From a virus: a DNA stretch of 45,215 nt. The position numbers were made by a program, and so were the translations under genes. Position 1 is the first letter of the stretch; each line of letters opens with the position of its first letter. The DNA lies in the IMG/VR virus record IMGVR_UViG_3300044698_000125, positions 1-45,215 of that record, one strand, 5' to 3'. Shown here one piece after another: positions 40,991 through 45,215 of the stretch. The notes below the pieces were generated by a model. It had not been told where the DNA came from. It searched no databases and worked only from the letters and a program-made list of their open reading frames with translations.

Positions 40991-43900
40991 GCAATCCTCA
41001 TCCCTCATCCCTTATCCCTCATCCCTCGACGGGCGGGGCGCGGCCCTCGCTCGTCTACTCGCCGCATCCGCTGCAACCCGCGCGCGGCCGGGAGCTGCTG
41101 CGCGCCGAATTCGAGCCGGGCGAGACCCTGGGCGGCTACCTTGAGCGCACCGGGATCGCGGCGCGGATCCGGCATCGGCCGGTGCAGGTCACGATCGACG
41201 GCCTGCGCGTGCCGCGCGCGATCTGGCAGCATTGCCGGCCCAAACCGGGCACGCTGATCCAGGTGCAGGCGCTGGTGCACGGCGGCGGCGACGGGGACGG
41301 CAAGAACCCCATCGCGACGGTGCTTACCATTGCGTTGATGGTGGCGGCGCCTTATCTGGCGCCCGGGCTGGCCGCCGGCATGGGCGTAACCAGCGTATGG
41401 GGCATCGCCGCAGTCCAGGTCGGCATCGGCATCGTCGGCGGCATGGCGATCAACGCCCTGTTCCCGGCGCCGAATCCGCAATTGTCGCAGTCGGGAAATC
41501 TTGGGCAACCGGAATCCCCGACGTATTCGGTGTCCGGCGGATCGAACCGCATGCGCCGCTACGAGCCGATGCCGGTGATCATGGGCGCGCATCGCGTGTT
41601 CCCGGATCTGGGCGCGCAGACTTACACCACATTCGGGGGCGAGGATCAGTATCTGTATCAGGTGTTCGACTTCGGCTACAACGATCTCGACCTGTCCGAC
41701 TACAGGATTGGCACAAACCCGATCGCTAATTTCTCCGATGTCACGTTGCAGGAGTCCGGAGCGGACGGCGCGCTGACCCTGTTTCCGATCAACGTCGATT
41801 CCCAGGCCGGCGCGGTGCTCGAGTATGGCGCGGATTACACAATCCGAAATTCCAGTCCTGGAACGACGAAACTGGAAATAGAACTGACGGGGTTCCTCTT
41901 TAATGCCGCGACCGGCGATGGATCGGTCATAGCGACGACTTGTGCGCTTGAGCTGGAATATCGCGCGATTGGATCGGCAACATGGTTGCCTTTCGTTTTT
42001 ACGCATAGCGAGTTCGTGTTGCTCAATAATACGCGCCGTCCTTTGCGCTACAACCTGCAACGTGATGTGGCGTCTGGACAATATGAGGTGAGAGCAAAGC
42101 GCACGACCGTCGTCGACGCGAACCCACTGGTTGTACGCGATATCACCTGGTCACAACTGAGATCATTTCAACCCGACACCGCCGATTATACCGGGCGCAA
42201 GCGCGTCGCGCTCAAGATCAAGGCGTCCGGACAACTCAACGGACAGGTCGCGCAATTCAGCGCGATCGCGCGTGCTAAAACGAGCGTATGGAACGGCGCG
42301 GCATGGGTGACAGCGCAAACATCGAACCCGGCATGGTGGGTGCTGGCCGCGGTGCGTGGGAAATACGTTGGATCGCGCAGAGTTTGGGGCGGCGGCATCC
42401 CCGATGCCCGCACTGACCTGGAAAATATCAAAGCCTTCGGCGCCTGGTGCGACAGCAAGAGTCTGACGTTCAACGGCGTGTTCGACCGGCAGATGTCGGT
42501 TTACGATATGATTTCCGCGATCGCGTTGCAGGGCCGCGGGACGGTTTCTTATGGTTCAGGATTGCTTGAAGTCGTTTGGGATGCGCCCGACCAGGCGGCG
42601 GTGGCGGTGTTCGGGATGTCGAACATCAAGCTCGACACCTTCGAGATCGAATACTCGACCGCGCAGCTCGCTGACGAGATCGTGGCCACGTTCGTCAATC
42701 CGGACATAGACTGGCAGCAGGACGTGGTGCGCGTGCTGGCCCCCGGCGTCACCGATCCGGTGCGCAGCCGCAGCGTGGACCTGTTCGGCTGCACCAACAA
42801 GGTCGAGGCCGGGCATACCGTCAACCTCTACGTCGCGGCCAACATTCACCGCACCAAGCGCTACCGCTGGCAGATGGACTGGGAGGGCATGCCGGTCTCG
42901 CGCGGGGACGTGGGCTATCTGTCGCACGACCTGGCGAGCTACGATTACTCGGGGCGGCTGATCGAGGGCTCGACGGCGAGCGTGCTCAAGCTCGAGCGCA
43001 CCGTGCCGCTCGATGCCGCGGGTTCGTTCGTGACGCTGGTCAAGCCGGACGGCACGTTCGCCACGTACCCGGTGCAGGCCGGAACCGGAGACGCCAGCAC
43101 GCTCAACCTGGTGTCGGCGCTGGCGTTCAACCCTGGGGCGGATGCGGATCACCCGCCTTACGACTACCGCTGGCTCTACGGCAACACCGCCACGCCGGGC
43201 AAGAAAATCAAGATCGAGGCGTTTGCAGTCAAGGGCTATGACACCGTGGAGCTGACCGCGATCGACGAGACCGCGGATTACTACGCCTCGGAAGACAATC
43301 CCTATACCCATGTCCCGGTGCGGGCGGCGTCGAATGTGATTTTTGCACCGACGACCCCGTTGGGCGATCCGAGCGCGCCGGCGATCCCGCGGGTGGATTT
43401 GTCCTACGACGGTGTGCGCGTGGCGGCGGGATATGTGGTGGCGGTGACGGCATTCTGGGCGCCGGGCGGCAATTTCAACTTCGCGGATGTGCGCGTGGCG
43501 GTCAACGGCGGGGCGCTGCGATTGCTCGGCCAGGAGATCCGCGCCCGCAGTTTCGACTTCACCATTCCCGACAATTCCGACGTGATCGTCGAGGTCACGG
43601 GATTCGGCAACCTGGCCCGTCTCGGCAACAGCTCGAAAGTCTCGGCCGCCCTGCATGTTAATTTCTCGGCATTGTTTCCGCCGTCCGACGTGCAGGGTTT
43701 CGCGCTGGAGGGTAAATCGTTCTCGTGGGCGGTGGTGCCTGATGTCGATGTGGCCGGCTATCGCATACGTTTTCATTACAACAATTTGCGGTCCTGGGAC
43801 GACGCCAACGAACTGAACACCGGGTTGATTACGAGTTCCCCTGTCACGTTTCCGGAGCTGCCGGCGAACCAGATGACCTACGGCATTAAAGCGGTCGATG

Positions 43901-44715
43901 CCGCCGGGCTGGAATCCGCTGCCGCAGCGTGGATCACTGTCGATGCACGGTTATTCACGCCCGAGGGCGATCCGCTGGTGGCCAACGTGGTCGAGACCAT
44001 TGATTTTCAGGCGCTCGACTGGCCGGGGACGCTGACTGGCGGCACCGTGTCCGGGGCCGGCAACCTGGAGGCGACCTCCGGCACCGTTTTTTATAACGAA
44101 GAGGGCGTCGCGCCGATGTATGGCGCCGATAACGAGTCGTTCTATAAACAGGACAACTTCGACGCGCTGAGTTTCGAGAGCGATCCTTTTGTATTAAGCG
44201 GCGCGCTGGTCGGCAGCCGCATGACCATCGACCACGCGATCGCGGGCGAGCCCATTTATGTCGAATACCGCCAGACCGGGCCGAACTCACTGTACGGAGT
44301 CGATGCCGATTCCTTCTACGGCGCCGATGCCGATCCGTTTTACGAAATGCCCGGCGGATATGCCGTGTGGCCGGGAGCAATCATCTCATCGAACGAGGAA
44401 TACCAGATCAGGGTGCGCACCGGACAGGGTGCCGTGCAGGGCGTGGTCTCGGATATCACTGCCGTGATCGACGCGCCGGATATCGTCGAGACATTCGACG
44501 ACGTGGCGATCGATGCCGCCGGCACGCGCCTGCCGATCACCCGCAACTATCAGGTCATCAAGAACGTGCAGGTCACGCTGCAGAATGACGCCGGCACCGC
44601 CGTCACCGCAACCATCGAAGACAAGAGCGCGACCCTCGGGCCGCTGATCAAAGCGCGCGACAGCTCGCAGGTCGCCGTTACCGCAACCGTAGACGCCACT
44701 GTACAAGGATACTGA
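40981..44715 (+). CDS. Fusion of tail assembly protein I-like N-terminus with host specificity protein J-like central tail fibre (1244 aa)
   Basis: The first roughly 200 aa are gpI-like (ubiquitin-like segment, then the hydrophobic stretch NPIATVLTIALMVAAPYLAPGLAAGMG). The remainder is gpJ-like (PTYSVSGGSNRMRRYEPMPVIMGAHRVFPDL...). Confidence 0.75.
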   Translation: MDLSNPHPSSLIPHPSTGGARPSLVYSPHPLQPARGRELLRAEFEPGETLGGYLERTGIAARIRHRPVQVTIDGLRVPRAIWQHCRPKPGTLIQVQALVHGGGDGDGKNPIATVLTIALMVAAPYLAPGLAAGMGVTSVWGIAAVQVGIGIVGGMAINALFPAPNPQLSQSGNLGQPESPTYSVSGGSNRMRRYEPMPVIMGAHRVFPDLGAQTYTTFGGEDQYLYQVFDFGYNDLDLSDYRIGTNPIANFSDVTLQESGADGALTLFPINVDSQAGAVLEYGADYTIRNSSPGTTKLEIELTGFLFNAATGDGSVIATTCALELEYRAIGSATWLPFVFTHSEFVLLNNTRRPLRYNLQRDVASGQYEVRAKRTTVVDANPLVVRDITWSQLRSFQPDTADYTGRKRVALKIKASGQLNGQVAQFSAIARAKTSVWNGAAWVTAQTSNPAWWVLAAVRGKYVGSRRVWGGGIPDARTDLENIKAFGAWCDSKSLTFNGVFDRQMSVYDMISAIALQGRGTVSYGSGLLEVVWDAPDQAAVAVFGMSNIKLDTFEIEYSTAQLADEIVATFVNPDIDWQQDVVRVLAPGVTDPVRSRSVDLFGCTNKVEAGHTVNLYVAANIHRTKRYRWQMDWEGMPVSRGDVGYLSHDLASYDYSGRLIEGSTASVLKLERTVPLDAAGSFVTLVKPDGTFATYPVQAGTGDASTLNLVSALAFNPGADADHPPYDYRWLYGNTATPGKKIKIEAFAVKGYDTVELTAIDETADYYASEDNPYTHVPVRAASNVIFAPTTPLGDPSAPAIPRVDLSYDGVRVAAGYVVAVTAFWAPGGNFNFADVRVAVNGGALRLLGQEIRARSFDFTIPDNSDVIVEVTGFGNLARLGNSSKVSAALHVNFSALFPPSDVQGFALEGKSFSWAVVPDVDVAGYRIRFHYNNLRSWDDANELNTGLITSSPVTFPELPANQMTYGIKAVDAAGLESAAAAWITVDARLFTPEGDPLVANVVETIDFQALDWPGTLTGGTVSGAGNLEATSGTVFYNEEGVAPMYGADNESFYKQDNFDALSFESDPFVLSGALVGSRMTIDHAIAGEPIYVEYRQTGPNSLYGVDADSFYGADADPFYEMPGGYAVWPGAIISSNEEYQIRVRTGQGAVQGVVSDITAVIDAPDIVETFDDVAIDAAGTRLPITRNYQVIKNVQVTLQNDAGTAVTATIEDKSATLGPLIKARDSSQVAVTATVDATVQGY
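40998..41025 (+). repeat. (TCATCCC)4 heptanucleotide tandem repeat with one substitution (third unit TTATCCC)
   Basis: Read directly; 17 nt downstream of the I-J start codon. Confidence 0.95.
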
Positions 44716-44716
44716 C

Positions 44717-45215
44717 ATGGCAGCCGCCCCGCAAAGAACTGCACTAAACGACACCTACCCGAATCCGTCGAACAGCGTTTTCAAGACCGGCATCGGTGCG
44801 CTGTGGGATTTCATCACCGGACTGCTTGGCATTACCGGCGCCAAGGAGGATGCGCTCGATGCGTTGCGAATATTGTCTCCGGGCGCGGTTTACAATCTAT
44901 CGCTTGTGCCAAGCGTGGACTCATCCGCCCTGACGATGAACGTCAAGACGCGGGCCGGGGCCACCCCGTCGGCGACCGACCCAGTTATGGTGTCCATGCG
45001 CAACACCATACTGGGCAGCGGAGATTTCAACCTGCGAACGATCACCGCCGCGCTCTCGCTCGTCATCAGCTCCGGCTCGACGCTGGGTCATCCCAGCACA
45101 CTCTCGAGCCCATTGTATTGGTATGTGATCGAATACGGTGGCGTGCTCGAGCTGGCCGTCTCGTTTACGTTCTTCGGCGTGCGCGGGATCGTGTCGACGA
45201 CAGCGGAAGGCGGCG
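44717..45215 (+). CDS. Tail fibre protein, N-terminal part (continues through the circular junction to 693)
   Basis: ATG is 2 nt after the J-like stop. No stop codon before the window end. In frame with 1..693. Confidence 0.8.
   Translation, partial: MAAAPQRTALNDTYPNPSNSVFKTGIGALWDFITGLLGITGAKEDALDALRILSPGAVYNLSLVPSVDSSALTMNVKTRAGATPSATDPVMVSMRNTILGSGDFNLRTITAALSLVISSGSTLGHPSTLSSPLYWYVIEYGGVLELAVSFTFFGVRGIVSTTAEGG
45089..45215. repeat. Terminal direct repeat (copy 2), identical to 1-127
   Basis: Base-by-base identity of the two 127-nt ends. Confidence 0.95.

Larger units (their letters stand above)
1..45215. mobile_element. Complete temperate tailed-phage genome (lambda-like siphovirus tail module) assembled as a circle; unique length 45,088 bp
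   Basis: nt 1-127 are identical to nt 45089-45215. Full complement of lysogeny, replication, recombinase, packaging, head, lysis and tail genes. Confidence 0.85.

Overview
The window is a complete, circularly closed genome of a GC-rich temperate tailed phage with a lambda-like siphovirus tail module. The first 127 nt are identical to the last 127 nt, so the unique length is 45,088 bp, and one tail-fibre gene runs through the junction. Nearly all genes lie on the + strand and are chained by ATGA/GTGA/TGATG stop-start overlaps. The only minus-strand unit is a three-gene, lower-GC lysogeny operon at 1997-2992.

Gene order:
- Tail-fibre end and accessory genes (1-1979).
- Lysogeny switch: divergent Arc-type RHH proteins and a 186-type CII (2675-3741).
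- A long early operon (3734-15704). It holds a catalytic-domain-only tyrosine recombinase, two HerA/FtsK-like ATPases, a DUF1566 protein, an N-terminally truncated DGR-type reverse transcriptase, a multi-HTH protein, several zinc-ribbon proteins and a Gp37/Gp68 protein.
- Primase-helicase (15872-19006), then an AT-rich region with 12 copies of a 9-bp iteron (19102-19372).
- XerC/D-like tyrosine recombinase, a small HTH protein and a large serine recombinase (19353-22747).
- Packaging and head genes (22808-33634), interrupted by a two-gene moron cassette.
- Lysis cassette (33631-35327).
- Tail genes (35686 to the end), including a -1 frameshift in the tail chaperone.

No rRNA, tRNA or CRISPR array was recognised.

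Most noteworthy:
- The decayed DGR together with the paired ATPases.
- A family of heptanucleotide tandem repeats sitting exactly on gene junctions. Two near-identical (TCATCCC)4 tracts lie inside 5' coding ends, one of them in the host-specificity gene.
- The iteron array.
- Three site-specific recombinases in one genome.

All functional calls come from reading the translations for motifs. No database search was run.
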